Shown here in pieces: positions 19,661 to 29,478 of a DNA stretch of 64,000 bases. The stretch covers positions 74,023 through 138,022 of the forward strand of contig CAKZLY010000030.1 in the NCBI GenBank assembly GCA_937127445.1. Direction: 5' to 3'. The position numbers and the translations under genes are program-made. Below the pieces are notes generated by a model. It was not told the DNA's origin, made no database searches, and worked only from the letters and a program-made list of their open reading frames with translations. Within the stretch, counting starts at the first letter, position 1; each line of letters opens with the position of its first letter. This stretch comes from an uncultured Ignavibacteria bacterium (GTDB taxonomy: Bacteria; Bacteroidota; Ignavibacteria; Kapaibacteriales; UBA2268).

Positions 19661-20389
19661 ATGAAAATTATCATTAAAATAATACTATGCTTATTAATTC
19701 CGTTTTCAGCCTATTCAAAAAGCGATACCGAATTTCCAACTTTAAAAGAACAAATTCAATATTATCAAAATCGTTATAAAGTTGAATGTGTAGAAGATAA
19801 AATTACAGACAACTACGGGAACGGCTTTGATAGTCTCTATGGGACAAGAAATATGAGGACAATCTTATATGGAATAGCCTACCGTGGAGGAGCAAATAAT
19901 TTCTATCATAAATTAAACAAAAGAGAAAATCAAAATCCATTGCTAAGCGATGGATTGGAAAATCTATGCAAGGAAGGATTTACTGATGTTGTATATCTTT
20001 ATTCAAAGAATTATTTATCAGCCCCCAGAGAAATGATTGTTGGAAATAATAAATTAGAATATTTACAGATTAGCGGGAATAATGCACAAGAAATCAATCG
20101 AATTATTGAAATGGTATATGAAGTAATTATTCGAAAGCGCAAGGGACCTATATATTTTCACTGCTGGAATGGGTGGCATCAGTCGGGCTATGTTGCAGCA
20201 GTAATATTAAAGCAATTTTGCGGATATTCAGACGAGAAGGCATTAAATTATTGGGTACGCAATACCGATGGAGCTTCGAGAGGATATGAGCAAATCAAAA
20301 AGCGGATAATTGAGTTCAAGCCACTTGCTGAATTTGAAATTTCTAAAGAATTGCAACAGGATATTTGTCCTTGTTTAAGGGTGCAATAA
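19661..20389 (+). CDS. Secreted protein with a protein-tyrosine/dual-specificity phosphatase-like fold, carrying a variant P-loop (HCWNGWHQSG, i.e. CX5Q instead of CX5R)
   Basis: Signal peptide MKIIIKIILCLLIPFSAYS. Segment IYFHCWNGWHQSGYV resembles the (V/I)HCxxGxxRSG loop, but a Gln replaces the catalytic Arg. Confidence 0.45.
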   Translation: MKIIIKIILCLLIPFSAYSKSDTEFPTLKEQIQYYQNRYKVECVEDKITDNYGNGFDSLYGTRNMRTILYGIAYRGGANNFYHKLNKRENQNPLLSDGLENLCKEGFTDVVYLYSKNYLSAPREMIVGNNKLEYLQISGNNAQEINRIIEMVYEVIIRKRKGPIYFHCWNGWHQSGYVAAVILKQFCGYSDEKALNYWVRNTDGASRGYEQIKKRIIEFKPLAEFEISKELQQDICPCLRVQ

Positions 20390-20458
20390 ATTAAATAAAG
20401 TTGTTTTTTTTAAAATTATTTGCTTAATTTAGTTAAAACAATTTTTTATGGAGTTTCT

Positions 20459-20971
20459 ATGAAAAAAGTTATCCTTTCTTTACTATTTGTTGTATTTTCG
20501 GTATCTTCGATTTTCGCACAGTACGAAAAAGCAATATCTGCTGATCCGATTGACTTGCTTGTAAGCAAGGTGTTCAATGTTACGTATGAACAAAAGCTAT
20601 CGTCAAACAATTCATTTACAGTATTTGGTTCATATTATAATTACAGCGATTATTGGAGCGCTTATGGTATTGGTGTTTCATACAGATGGTATTTAAGTGG
20701 CGTTATTCAAGACGATAGAACGCCTATTTCAGGTCTTTCAGTTGGACCAATGGCTCGAATTAGCTTCTGGGATTACACCGGTCCAAATCCATTGAACTTA
20801 GATTATGGGGGCTCTATGGTTGTAGTAGGTGGTGAAGTAGCATATAAATTTCCATTAGGCAACCAATTTTTCGTAGAGCCAATAGTTCGTCTTGGATTTA
20901 TTGTTAGCGATATTGATTATTTAGGATACGATCCTCTTGGATTAGGTGTAAATCTTGGGTATGCATGGTAG
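20459..20971 (+). CDS. Small outer-membrane beta-barrel protein (OmpA-N/OmpW-like eight-strand type), unknown function
   Basis: Signal peptide MKKVILSLLFVVFSVSSIFAQ. Alternating hydrophobic beta-strand pattern, with a C-terminal aromatic residue (..LGYAW). Confidence 0.5.
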   Translation: MKKVILSLLFVVFSVSSIFAQYEKAISADPIDLLVSKVFNVTYEQKLSSNNSFTVFGSYYNYSDYWSAYGIGVSYRWYLSGVIQDDRTPISGLSVGPMARISFWDYTGPNPLNLDYGGSMVVVGGEVAYKFPLGNQFFVEPIVRLGFIVSDIDYLGYDPLGLGVNLGYAW

Positions 20972-21035
20972 TACTCAAGAAATTGCTATTTTTATTCGGA
21001 AAGCGAAAAGAAAAATAGGCGAACAAGTCTTTTAG

Positions 21036-21075
21036 TAAAAAAAGAGGTTATCATAGGTAACCTCTTTTTTTTTTA
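21036..21075. terminator. Bidirectional rho-independent terminator between the small OMP gene (+) and icd (-)
   Basis: Stem gaggtta(21044-21050)/taacctc(21058-21064), loop tcatagg, flanked by a7 upstream and t10 downstream. Confidence 0.55.
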
Positions 21076-21129
21076 TTTACTAATCAAGATGTTAACAACT
21101 ATTTTAGAAAAAATATTTTAATTAAGAGT

Positions 21130-22395
21130 TCACATATTTTCTATAATAGCCGAACCGAATTCTGAGCATTTAAGAAGAGTGGCGCCTTCCATTAACCTGT
21201 GGAAATCATAAGTAACGCGTTTTTGAGCAATAGTTCGCTCAATTCCTTTGACAATAAGTGTTGCAGCTTCGTCCCAACCAAGATGTTCGAACATCATAAC
21301 ACCTGATAGTATAACGGAACCGGGATTGACTTTGTCTTGGTCGGCGTATCGAGGAGCAGTACCGTGAGTAGCTTCAAATACAGCGTGACCAGTTTCATAA
21401 TTAATATTAGCACCAGGAGCAATGCCAATTCCCCCAACGATAGCAGCAAGAGCATCGGAAATATAATCGCCATTTAGATTCATAGTCGCTATCACAGAAT
21501 ATTCAGCGGGACGAGTTAGAATTTGCTGCAGAAAAGCATCGGCAATAAAATCTTTTACCAAAAGTTTGCCTTTGGATAGTTCTTCAGATTGAATTCTATC
21601 GGCTTCTTCAGCACCTTTTTCGGCTTTGATATTATCATATTGTCGCCAGGTGAATACTTTTGAGCCGAATTCTTGTTCGGCAACGTCGTAGCCCCATTCT
21701 TTAAACATACCTTCGGTGAATTTCATAATATTACCTTTATGAACAAGAGTAACCGATGGACGATTATTTTTCAGTGCGTATTCGATAGCCGCACGAACAA
21801 GCCTTTTAGTGCCTTCAATTGAGATTGGTTTAATGCCAATGGATGAAGTTTCAGGAAAGCGAATTTTACGGACTCCCATTTCTTCTTGAAGGAATTTTAT
21901 AGCCTTTTTAACTTCGTCTGTGCCGGCAAGCCATTCAATACCAGCATAAATGTCTTCGGAATTTTCACGGAATATAACCATATCACAAAGATGAGGATTT
22001 TTCACAGGCGAAGGAACACCTTCGAACCATCGAACAGGTCTCAGGCAGACGTATAAATCCAATAATTGACGCAAAGCAACATTCAGCGAACGAATACCAC
22101 CACCAACAGGAGTAGTAAGAGGACCTTTGATTGCAATAATATGTTCTTTAATCACATCAAGAGTTTCCTGCGGAAGCCATTCGCCAGTGATGTTGAAAGC
22201 TTTTTCACCAGCATAGACTTCACGCCAAACGATTTTTCGCTTGCCTGAATATGCTTTTTCTACTGCAGCATCGAACACTCTTTGAGAGGCACGCCAAATG
22301 TCTCTGCCCGTACCATCGCCTTCGATAAATGGAATGATAGGATAATCAGGAACGTTTAATTTCCCGTTTTCAACAGTAATTTTTTCACCATTCAT
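21130..22395 (-). CDS. icd: NADP-dependent isocitrate dehydrogenase (homodimeric prokaryotic type)
   Basis: N-terminus [34 protein letters not shown], plus the characteristic blocks [13 protein letters not shown] and [10 protein letters not shown]. Confidence 0.9.
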   Translation of the reverse strand: MNGEKITVENGKLNVPDYPIIPFIEGDGTGRDIWRASQRVFDAAVEKAYSGKRKIVWREVYAGEKAFNITGEWLPQETLDVIKEHIIAIKGPLTTPVGGGIRSLNVALRQLLDLYVCLRPVRWFEGVPSPVKNPHLCDMVIFRENSEDIYAGIEWLAGTDEVKKAIKFLQEEMGVRKIRFPETSSIGIKPISIEGTKRLVRAAIEYALKNNRPSVTLVHKGNIMKFTEGMFKEWGYDVAEQEFGSKVFTWRQYDNIKAEKGAEEADRIQSEELSKGKLLVKDFIADAFLQQILTRPAEYSVIATMNLNGDYISDALAAIVGGIGIAPGANINYETGHAVFEATHGTAPRYADQDKVNPGSVILSGVMMFEHLGWDEAATLIVKGIERTIAQKRVTYDFHRLMEGATLLKCSEFGSAIIENM

Positions 22396-22597
22396 AATGC
22401 ACCAAGAAAAAGTAAATAATAGTTAATAAGGGAAGTAAATTAAACTACGATTAAGAAATATTTATAGTGTGATTAATTTTAAATAAACAATTAAAAACAT
22501 TTCATCTATTATACAACACTAAACATATAATATTTTGAAAAATGGAAATAAAGTGATAATTTGAAGGACAGATACTTCAAAAGCTAAAAGGTTAACT

Positions 22598-24313
22598 ATG
22601 CAATCAGGTAATTTTGTACTTATACTACATACACATTTGCCGTGGGTGTTGCATCACGGGAACTGGCCTCACGGAGTGGATTGGCTTACCGAAGCAGTAG
22701 CAGAATGCTATATACCATTATTGAATGTATTTAATGATTTATTAAACGAAAATATTTATCCAAAAGTAACAATTGATATATCCCCTGTTTTGTGCGAGCA
22801 GTTAGAGCATCCCAATTTTGAGAAAATTTTTGAGGACTACTGTCTTGAAAAGATAAAAGCTGCTCACAAAGACGCCGAAGATTTTAAGAAGTGGGGTTGG
22901 GATGCTCACAGTATTTACCTTGCAAACTGGTGGGTTCAATGGTATGAAGCACGGCTTGATGATTATAAGAACAAATATAATGGGTCCGTAATTGGGGCAT
23001 TGAAAAAACTGCAAGACGAAGGTGCAATTGAGATAATGACTTGTGGTGCCACGCACGGATATTTGCCTTTGCTTGGATTCGACCGAAGTATAAATTTACA
23101 AATCGAGGCAGCAGTCAACAACTACAAAAAACATTTTGGGCGTGAACCAAGAGGAATATGGCTTCCTGAATGCGCCTATCGTCCATCTTATGAGTGGAAA
23201 TCATATGTGCCAGTAGCTCCATTTCATCATCCGCATCTACGCCCTGGTATAGAGCAATTTCTGAGCCGCCATAATATCAAATATTTTGTTGTGGATCAAA
23301 AATTGATCGAAAATTCATATCCAATTGGAAAATTCCAGGCAAATTCAGAACATTTTGTTCCTATACATTCACCTGCGTTTATCCCCGAACCGTGGAATTT
23401 TGATAAATCTCCGCTACGATTGTATGAAGTAAGCTCAAGCGAGAAAGTTGAGTATGGAACTGCTGTTTGCTTTTCTCGTCATCGCGATATAGCAATGCAG
23501 GTTTGGAGTGGTGAAGTTGGGTACCCAGGAGAGCCCGACTATCTTGATTTTCACAAACGCCATCTTGGTTCGATGCTTCGTTACTGGCGAGTTACTGATG
23601 TAAAAGCTGATATGCAATACAAAGCTCAGTATCATCCTGATTGGATTTGGAAAAAACTTGACTTGCAGGCAAATCATTTCATTCATAATATGGAAAATAC
23701 GACAAATTACTATTACAATAAAACAGGGAAATTTGGAACTTTATGCGTACCATTTGATACAGAACTTTTTGGGCATTGGTGGTTCGAGGGACCTGAATTT
23801 ATTCGCTATGTTTTACGTGGGCTAAATCATTCTCCCTGGCTGAAGCCTGCAACAGCCAGCGAACAGTTGTTCAAAATACAGCCCAAAGAAGTAATAGGTT
23901 TGCCCGAAGGCTCGTGGGGAGTAAATAATAATCATGATGTATGGAGCAATCCTGAAAATGTATGGACGTGGCAGAATATTTACGACGACGAACTTCGGCT
24001 AAAAAACATCTTTGATAAATACCCAATTGCGAACTATTCTCAGTTACAAAATCGAATTGCACTTCAAGCATTGAGGGAATTAATGTTGCTTCATTCGTCT
24101 GATTGGCAATTTTTAATTTACACAAAATCTGCAAAGGATTATGCTGAAAGCCGATTTTTCTTCCATAATTCTGATTTCAATAGATTATGTGATATTCTTG
24201 AACGTGCTTCGGAATATGGGGGAATATCGGCGGAAGAAACGAACTATCTTGAAGAAGTAGAAAAGCGTAACAGTATTTTTCCCGAGTTGAAACTTGAATG
24301 GTGGAATTGGTAA
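22598..24313 (+). CDS. Glycoside hydrolase family 57 protein, alpha-1,4-glucan branching enzyme-like
   Basis: GH57 N-terminal signature GNFVLILHTHLPWV..HG.WPHG. 571 aa, consistent with GH57 branching enzymes and glucanotransferases. Confidence 0.75.
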   Translation: MQSGNFVLILHTHLPWVLHHGNWPHGVDWLTEAVAECYIPLLNVFNDLLNENIYPKVTIDISPVLCEQLEHPNFEKIFEDYCLEKIKAAHKDAEDFKKWGWDAHSIYLANWWVQWYEARLDDYKNKYNGSVIGALKKLQDEGAIEIMTCGATHGYLPLLGFDRSINLQIEAAVNNYKKHFGREPRGIWLPECAYRPSYEWKSYVPVAPFHHPHLRPGIEQFLSRHNIKYFVVDQKLIENSYPIGKFQANSEHFVPIHSPAFIPEPWNFDKSPLRLYEVSSSEKVEYGTAVCFSRHRDIAMQVWSGEVGYPGEPDYLDFHKRHLGSMLRYWRVTDVKADMQYKAQYHPDWIWKKLDLQANHFIHNMENTTNYYYNKTGKFGTLCVPFDTELFGHWWFEGPEFIRYVLRGLNHSPWLKPATASEQLFKIQPKEVIGLPEGSWGVNNNHDVWSNPENVWTWQNIYDDELRLKNIFDKYPIANYSQLQNRIALQALRELMLLHSSDWQFLIYTKSAKDYAESRFFFHNSDFNRLCDILERASEYGGISAEETNYLEEVEKRNSIFPELKLEWWNW

Positions 24314-24342
24314 GATTAACCAAGGAATAGGATAAAGCATTA

Positions 24343-24381
24343 TAAAAAAGACCGAATATAAATTTGCTTCGGTCTTTTTTT
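24343..24381 (+). terminator. Rho-independent terminator after the GH57 gene
   Basis: Stem agaccgaa(24349-24356)/ttcggtct(24368-24375), followed by t6. Confidence 0.55.
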
Positions 24382-24384
24382 CTG

Positions 24385-24458
24385 TCGGTGTGACTGGATT
24401 CGAACCAGCGACCCCTACGTCCCGAACGTAGTGCGCTACCGGACTGCGCTACACACCG
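24385..24458 (-). tRNA. tRNA-Pro (anticodon CGG)
   Basis: 74-nt cloverleaf on the minus strand: acceptor CGGTGTG/CACACCG, anticodon stem CTACG/CGTAG with loop TTCGGGA, T-arm GCTGG-TTCGAAT-CCAGT. Confidence 0.8.
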
Positions 24459-24472
24459 GGGGAAAAAAAGAG

Positions 24473-24547
24473 TGGGCTCTACGGGATTCGAACCAGCGAC
24501 CTCTTCCGTGTCAAGGAAGCGCTCTAGACCAACTGAGCTAAGAGCCC
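24473..24547 (-). tRNA. tRNA-Val (anticodon GAC)
   Basis: 75-nt cloverleaf on the minus strand: acceptor GGGCTCT/AGAGCCC, D-stem GCTC/GAGC, anticodon stem CTTCC/GGAAG with loop TTGACAC. The T-stem GCTGG/CCCGT has one T-C mismatch. Confidence 0.7.
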
Positions 24548-24602
24548 AACTCATTTACAAAATTAATATTTTTTAAAAAAATCTGCAAGTTTTTTGTTAA
24601 TA

Positions 24603-27083
24603 TTAATGATAAACCTGCACACAGTTGGTTTTGCTTGCTGCAATATTAAGCACTCGATTACAATTGTCGAGCAAAGAATCTAAATCGTCCGCAGGTGAAA
24701 TTTGAGCAATACCAATGCTTAAAGTAACTGTGAAGCGACGACCATCAATTTCCAGCACTGAGATGGCAGCCTTATTTCTGATATTTTCGGCCCAGAATTT
24801 TGCTTTATCGACGCTTTGTCCTATTAATATAGCACCGATAATATTTGTATCGAGCCTGCCAATTACATCATATTCGTGTATTGATTTATTCAAGATTGAA
24901 ACAATATGATGAAAAATCTGCTCAAATTTACCGTTGTCATCTTCATTACTATAAGCAGCATATTTATCAATTGCTATCAAGCAAAAGCTAACAGTAGATT
25001 TGAAATCGCGAACGCGAGTAACTTCTTCCTGTAATCTACGGAAGAATGCGTAATTATTCATAAGCCCAGTGTGTGGGTCAATAATTGCACTTGTGTGGAA
25101 AAGCTGAGTTAGTTTAAATCTATCAATCGAGTGAGCGGCTTCGCGAGCGAGCAGTTCTAATAAATCAATATCGTAATTATCCATTTCGCTCAATGGACCA
25201 TCGAAAAAGATTGCTCCATATACTCCGGATTCGGACTTGATAGGAATAGAGACAAAAAATGAACTTTCAAAAGGATATTCTTTGACTGATACACGGGACA
25301 TTTTTGTTTGGACAGGTGTTTCGACAAAAGTCTGATATTTTAAGATAGATTGACCGAGTAAAGTTCTGTACAAGTCGACTGGTTCATTTCTGAAACTGAT
25401 AGGAAATTCATATTTAGTGAAATAATCATAAATATAATATCCTTCCCGTTTTTCGTCGTAGAGACAAATTCCAAAGGTATAATTCTCGTACAAACTTAAT
25501 ATTGCTTCGAAAAGGGCACGTGAAATTGTTTCTTCGGTTGCATCTGATTTTGAAGAAATTTCAGCAAATTTTTGAACAGCTCTTAATGTTTTATCTGAAC
25601 GAATTAGATCGTATTTTTCTGTGTAACTTTTGATTAACCCGCTAATTAACTTGGAGAACTGGCCTAAAAAGGTAATAGTTGCAGCATCGTAGGCATCATT
25701 TTCGTTAGTATCGCAAGTTAGAATTCCAATCACTTGATTTTCGTAAAAAACAGGAATACCTACAAATGAAGAAGTGCCCGAGGGTTCGCTGTAGTAAGGT
25801 ATCAGATCAAGTTCAGCAGATGGGTTGATTTCTGTTAGTATTTCGGGTTTTGCATTGAATGCAATTTGACTGATAATATCGTTGCCCATCGGGATTTTAG
25901 TTTCATCAATTATCTTTGAAGGAACATTTGTAACATAAGATTCGAGAATAAGGTGATTTTTTTCAAAATTAATAAAAGTAAAAGCAGTAGTTCGGGATTT
26001 AATAACAAGAGGAATTACATACAAAATCCGAGAAAGCAATGCATCAAACTCTTTTCTTGGTTCATCAATTTCAATGAGTTCATCGTCAAACAAGTTTTGA
26101 GGCAGTTCGATTTGTTTTTTCTTGAAGTCTGTTTTGGGTTGTTCTTCGGCGGTTTCGGCAATTGTTTTTTCGGTGGTGAGGTCAGGTTCATTTTCAACGG
26201 CTTTATTTTGTTGTGAAACAATTGGTTCCGAAATTTCCGAAGTAGTTGCAGATCGTTCTCTATGGGTTAAGGTTATTTCATCTAGTTGAACAAATTCTTG
26301 TGTTTCAATATTTTCAATTGTCTGAGATGCTTCCTGGTTACTAATTGATTTTTTACTTTCAGTATCATCTGAATGAAATTGCTCAACTTGCGGGACCTCT
26401 TCAACAACGATGTTTTCTTCTAATTGAAGATTGGCATCTTCTTCGACAAATTCAGATGATTTATCCTGAACAATAATTTCCGGTTCAGTAGTTTGAGGGG
26501 CAGCAGCAGAGGAAGTAATAGATATATCTTTGGTCTCTTTTACAGGTTCGTTTTGGGAGACATTATCATCAATTTTATCACTCAAACTTTCGGCTTTTGC
26601 TTCGAGTTGTTCGGGTTGCTCAATTTGGGAGACTTCAACATTTTCTTCATCTTTTGGACTAGGAATAAACTCATTTTTTGGTTGTTGTGGAATTTCAGAT
26701 TTTGAGGCGCTTCGAGTAGTTTTGCTGACAATACGGAAACCTTCATCGGCACCCATAGTATGTTCGGTAGAAATTTTATCAATATCAATGGAGGGGTTGA
26801 AGTTCTCAATTGTCTGGCGTTTAGCGGAAGCATCTTTTATTACGGTCATTTTAATATTCTGAGTTTCGGGAATATTGAATTTGTTTGATTCGACAATTTC
26901 GGAAAGTCTCTGGGAAATCATAATAATCAATGCTAAAGCACCGAGCACGGCAGAGCTAATGCCAATGAGCTTAATAGCAAGCCCTTCGAGAAATATAGCA
27001 ATGAGAATACCACAAATAATAATTAAAAGAGCTAATATATCACCTGGTTGTATAACATCTTGAATTCGTATTTTTTTAGCCAT
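24603..27083 (-). CDS. Membrane-anchored signalling protein: 2 TM helices, a ~300-aa acidic disordered linker, GAF-type sensor domain(s) and a C-terminal GGDEF-family domain with a degenerate active-site motif (GRLDT)
   Basis: N-terminal hydrophobic hairpin. aa ~90-330 are E/Q/S/T-rich low complexity. The C-terminal GGDEF fold blocks HTGLMNNYAFFRRLQEEV...IAIDKYAAY...VIGRLDTNIIGAIL place the GG(D/E)EF position as RLDTN, and no RxxD I-site is visible. Confidence 0.7.
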   Translation of the reverse strand: MAKKIRIQDVIQPGDILALLIIICGILIAIFLEGLAIKLIGISSAVLGALALIIMISQRLSEIVESNKFNIPETQNIKMTVIKDASAKRQTIENFNPSIDIDKISTEHTMGADEGFRIVSKTTRSASKSEIPQQPKNEFIPSPKDEENVEVSQIEQPEQLEAKAESLSDKIDDNVSQNEPVKETKDISITSSAAAPQTTEPEIIVQDKSSEFVEEDANLQLEENIVVEEVPQVEQFHSDDTESKKSISNQEASQTIENIETQEFVQLDEITLTHRERSATTSEISEPIVSQQNKAVENEPDLTTEKTIAETAEEQPKTDFKKKQIELPQNLFDDELIEIDEPRKEFDALLSRILYVIPLVIKSRTTAFTFINFEKNHLILESYVTNVPSKIIDETKIPMGNDIISQIAFNAKPEILTEINPSAELDLIPYYSEPSGTSSFVGIPVFYENQVIGILTCDTNENDAYDAATITFLGQFSKLISGLIKSYTEKYDLIRSDKTLRAVQKFAEISSKSDATEETISRALFEAILSLYENYTFGICLYDEKREGYYIYDYFTKYEFPISFRNEPVDLYRTLLGQSILKYQTFVETPVQTKMSRVSVKEYPFESSFFVSIPIKSESGVYGAIFFDGPLSEMDNYDIDLLELLAREAAHSIDRFKLTQLFHTSAIIDPHTGLMNNYAFFRRLQEEVTRVRDFKSTVSFCLIAIDKYAAYSNEDDNGKFEQIFHHIVSILNKSIHEYDVIGRLDTNIIGAILIGQSVDKAKFWAENIRNKAAISVLEIDGRRFTVTLSIGIAQISPADDLDSLLDNCNRVLNIAASKTNCVQVYH

Positions 27084-27163
27084 GAGTTTGAATGATTAAA
27101 TTAACAAAAAGTAATATTTAAAAATAAATAATTTCTATTTCTAATAAAAGCAAAATGTTATAT

Positions 27164-27976
27164 TTATTTTATTCCTTTTGATTTCGCTTCGTTCCAAAAA
27201 ACATCCATTTCTTCGAGAGTCATTTCATCAAGTTTTTTCCCATTCAATCGAGCTTGTTCTTCAACGTAACGAAAACGGTTAATAAATTTGGAATTAGTTT
27301 GCTGTAAAGCTGATTCGGGGACAATTTTTTCGAAGCGGGCTGCATTGACAAGAGCAAAAAGCAGGTCGCCGAATTCTTCTGTGGCTTTTTCTTGGTTGCC
27401 AGCAGAAAGTTCGTGTTTTAATTCAGCAAATTCTTCATCGACTTTTTTCCAGACGTCTTTTTTATTATCCCAATCGAACCCGACACGTGAAGCTTTTTGT
27501 TGAATGCGTTCAGCACGAAGCAGAGCAGGAAGCGAAAGCGGGACACCATCGAGCGTATTTTTTCTGCCTTCTGTTTTTTTTATTTTTTCCCAATTTTCAA
27601 GCACTTCCTCTTCCCCATTCACCTGAACATTTCCAAAAACGTGAGGATGGCGAAGTACCATTTTTTCAGAAATTCGATTAATCACATCGACAAGATTGAA
27701 TGCACCACGCTCTTCTGCCATAATTGCGTGCATAACAATATGAAGAAGCAGATCGCCGAGTTCCTTGGAAAATTCTTCATCGTTTTTCTTTTGGACAGCA
27801 TCGAGAGCCTCGTAGGCTTCTTCAATAATCAAATGAGAAATCGATTCATTGGTTTGCTCTCTGTCCCACGGACAATGTTTTCGCAAAAGATTAACAATTT
27901 CGACGAAAGCAACGAAGACGTCTGCTAAATTATTAGGATTTTTTGGTTTCGGTATTTCGATATTTGAATTATTCAT
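27164..27976 (-). CDS. mazG: Nucleoside triphosphate pyrophosphohydrolase MazG
   Basis: Tandem MazG/EEAYE motifs (LIIEEAYEALDA, EEFGDLLFALVNAARF) and the CPWDREQT block. Start chosen at the second ATG (MNNSN). Confidence 0.8.
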   Translation of the reverse strand: MNNSNIEIPKPKNPNNLADVFVAFVEIVNLLRKHCPWDREQTNESISHLIIEEAYEALDAVQKKNDEEFSKELGDLLLHIVMHAIMAEERGAFNLVDVINRISEKMVLRHPHVFGNVQVNGEEEVLENWEKIKKTEGRKNTLDGVPLSLPALLRAERIQQKASRVGFDWDNKKDVWKKVDEEFAELKHELSAGNQEKATEEFGDLLFALVNAARFEKIVPESALQQTNSKFINRFRYVEEQARLNGKKLDEMTLEEMDVFWNEAKSKGIK

Positions 27977-28005
27977 AGCATAATATTTTTGTGAGAAAAA
28001 CAAAT

Positions 28006-29283
28006 TCAATTATTATTTTTTAATCCTTTTGCGGCAATATCACGTCTATAATAGATATTTTGGAAATGAATATTATTGACAGCATTATAAGCATTTTTTT
28101 GTGATTCTTTTAATGTTGCACCAAAAGCAGTAACACCAAGGACACGCCCACCGTTGGTGTAAATTTTGCCGTTGATTTCCTTGGTCCCGGCGTGATAAAC
28201 AATAACATTATCAGAGATTTCGTCCAATCCTGTTATTTCGAAGCCAGTTTCATACTTATCTGGGTAACCTTCCGAAGCAAGCACGACACAAGTTGCATAA
28301 CCGCGGCTAATTTCTCTGATGGCAGAAATGTTCAATTCACCTTTGGCTGCCGAAAATAAAAGTTCAGCAAAATCGCCATCGAAAACACTTAATACGGCTT
28401 GGGTTTCGGGGTCACCGAAACGGCAGTTAAATTCAACGACTTTTGGGTTGCCTTCATCTATCATTAATCCGACGTATAGACATCCGATGTATGGATGACC
28501 TTCTGCGATCATTCCTTTTAATGTTGGTTCAATTATCAAGGACTTCACTTTCTCGAGAACTTCGAATGTAACGATTGGAGCAGGGCAGTAAGCTCCCATA
28601 CCGCCTGTATTTTTTCCTTTGTCGCCATCAAGTATGCGTTTGTGGTCCTGAGCAGGCGCAAGAGTTACAAAATTATTCCCATCGGTTATCGCAAAAATAG
28701 ATGCTTCCTCGCCTTGCATAAATTCTTCTACTACAATTTTCTCACCTGCCGAGCCGAAACTACCGCTGAACATTTCTTCGAGTGCCTTAAGAGCTTCTTC
28801 GAAAGAATTAGCTACAATCACACCTTTGCCGGCAGCAAGACCATCGGCTTTTATAACAATGGGAAGGTTACTTTCTCGAATATAGTCTAATGCTGCTTGT
28901 TTTTGTGATTTATCGAAAGCACGGAAACGAGCAGTTGGTATGGCGTATTTCTCCATAAATTGTTTGGCGAAAAGCTTGGAAGTTTCGAGCTGAGCTGCCG
29001 AACGGGAAGGAGCAAAAACGTTAATTCCATTTGAACGAAGAGCATCTGAAAGCCCATCGGCAATAGGTTGCTCGGGACCAATAACAACTAAATCTATTGA
29101 ATTTTCGAGACAGAAATTTGAAATTTCTTGATATTTTTTTGTATCTAATGCAACTATTTGAGCAGTTCTGGATATGCCGGGATTGCCAGGCAAAGCAAAA
29201 AGTTGAACATTTTTGGATCTTACAAGCGTAGATGCTATTGCGTGTTCACGCCCGCCACTACCAATTAATAATATTTTCATCAT
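28006..29283 (-). CDS. purD: Phosphoribosylamine--glycine ligase
   Basis: N-terminus MKILLIGSGGREHAIA and ATP-grasp blocks. Start trimmed to the MMKILL ATG at 29283; the ORF track extends to an upstream alternative start. Confidence 0.9.
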   Translation of the reverse strand: MMKILLIGSGGREHAIASTLVRSKNVQLFALPGNPGISRTAQIVALDTKKYQEISNFCLENSIDLVVIGPEQPIADGLSDALRSNGINVFAPSRSAAQLETSKLFAKQFMEKYAIPTARFRAFDKSQKQAALDYIRESNLPIVIKADGLAAGKGVIVANSFEEALKALEEMFSGSFGSAGEKIVVEEFMQGEEASIFAITDGNNFVTLAPAQDHKRILDGDKGKNTGGMGAYCPAPIVTFEVLEKVKSLIIEPTLKGMIAEGHPYIGCLYVGLMIDEGNPKVVEFNCRFGDPETQAVLSVFDGDFAELLFSAAKGELNISAIREISRGYATCVVLASEGYPDKYETGFEITGLDEISDNVIVYHAGTKEINGKIYTNGGRVLGVTAFGATLKESQKNAYNAVNNIHFQNIYYRRDIAAKGLKNNN

Positions 29284-29440
29284 AAAAATTAAAAAATACA
29301 CAAAATAAAAAAGTAAATTACTCAAAAATAGATAAAGGAACAAATTCAACTAAAAACCCTTTCCTTCAAAGATTAAGATTTGTATAAATGTCTTGTGAAT
29401 TTAAATTCGAATATTGTCTATTAAAATAAAAAAGGAGCTT

Positions 29441-29468
29441 TTTAATACTCCTTTTGAAATCAGAAATA
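29441..29468 (-). terminator. Terminator hairpin downstream of the FadL-like OMP gene
   Basis: aggag(29444-29448)...ctcct(29459-29463), with an A-run 5' on the plus strand (a U-run for the minus transcript). Confidence 0.4.
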
Positions 29469-29478
29469 AAAAAACTAA

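Noticed and set aside
19661-20389. Calling the secreted PTP-like protein an active dual-specificity phosphatase
   Set aside because: The P-loop reads CWNGWHQ, so the essential Arg of the CX5R motif is replaced by Gln. It is reported as a phosphatase-like fold of unknown activity instead.
24177-24554. 125-aa ORF (MSWALSSVGLERFLDTEEVAGSNPVEPT...) on the minus strand
   Set aside because: It is the classic spurious reading frame produced by translating through tRNA genes. The region is fully explained by tRNA-Pro and tRNA-Val.
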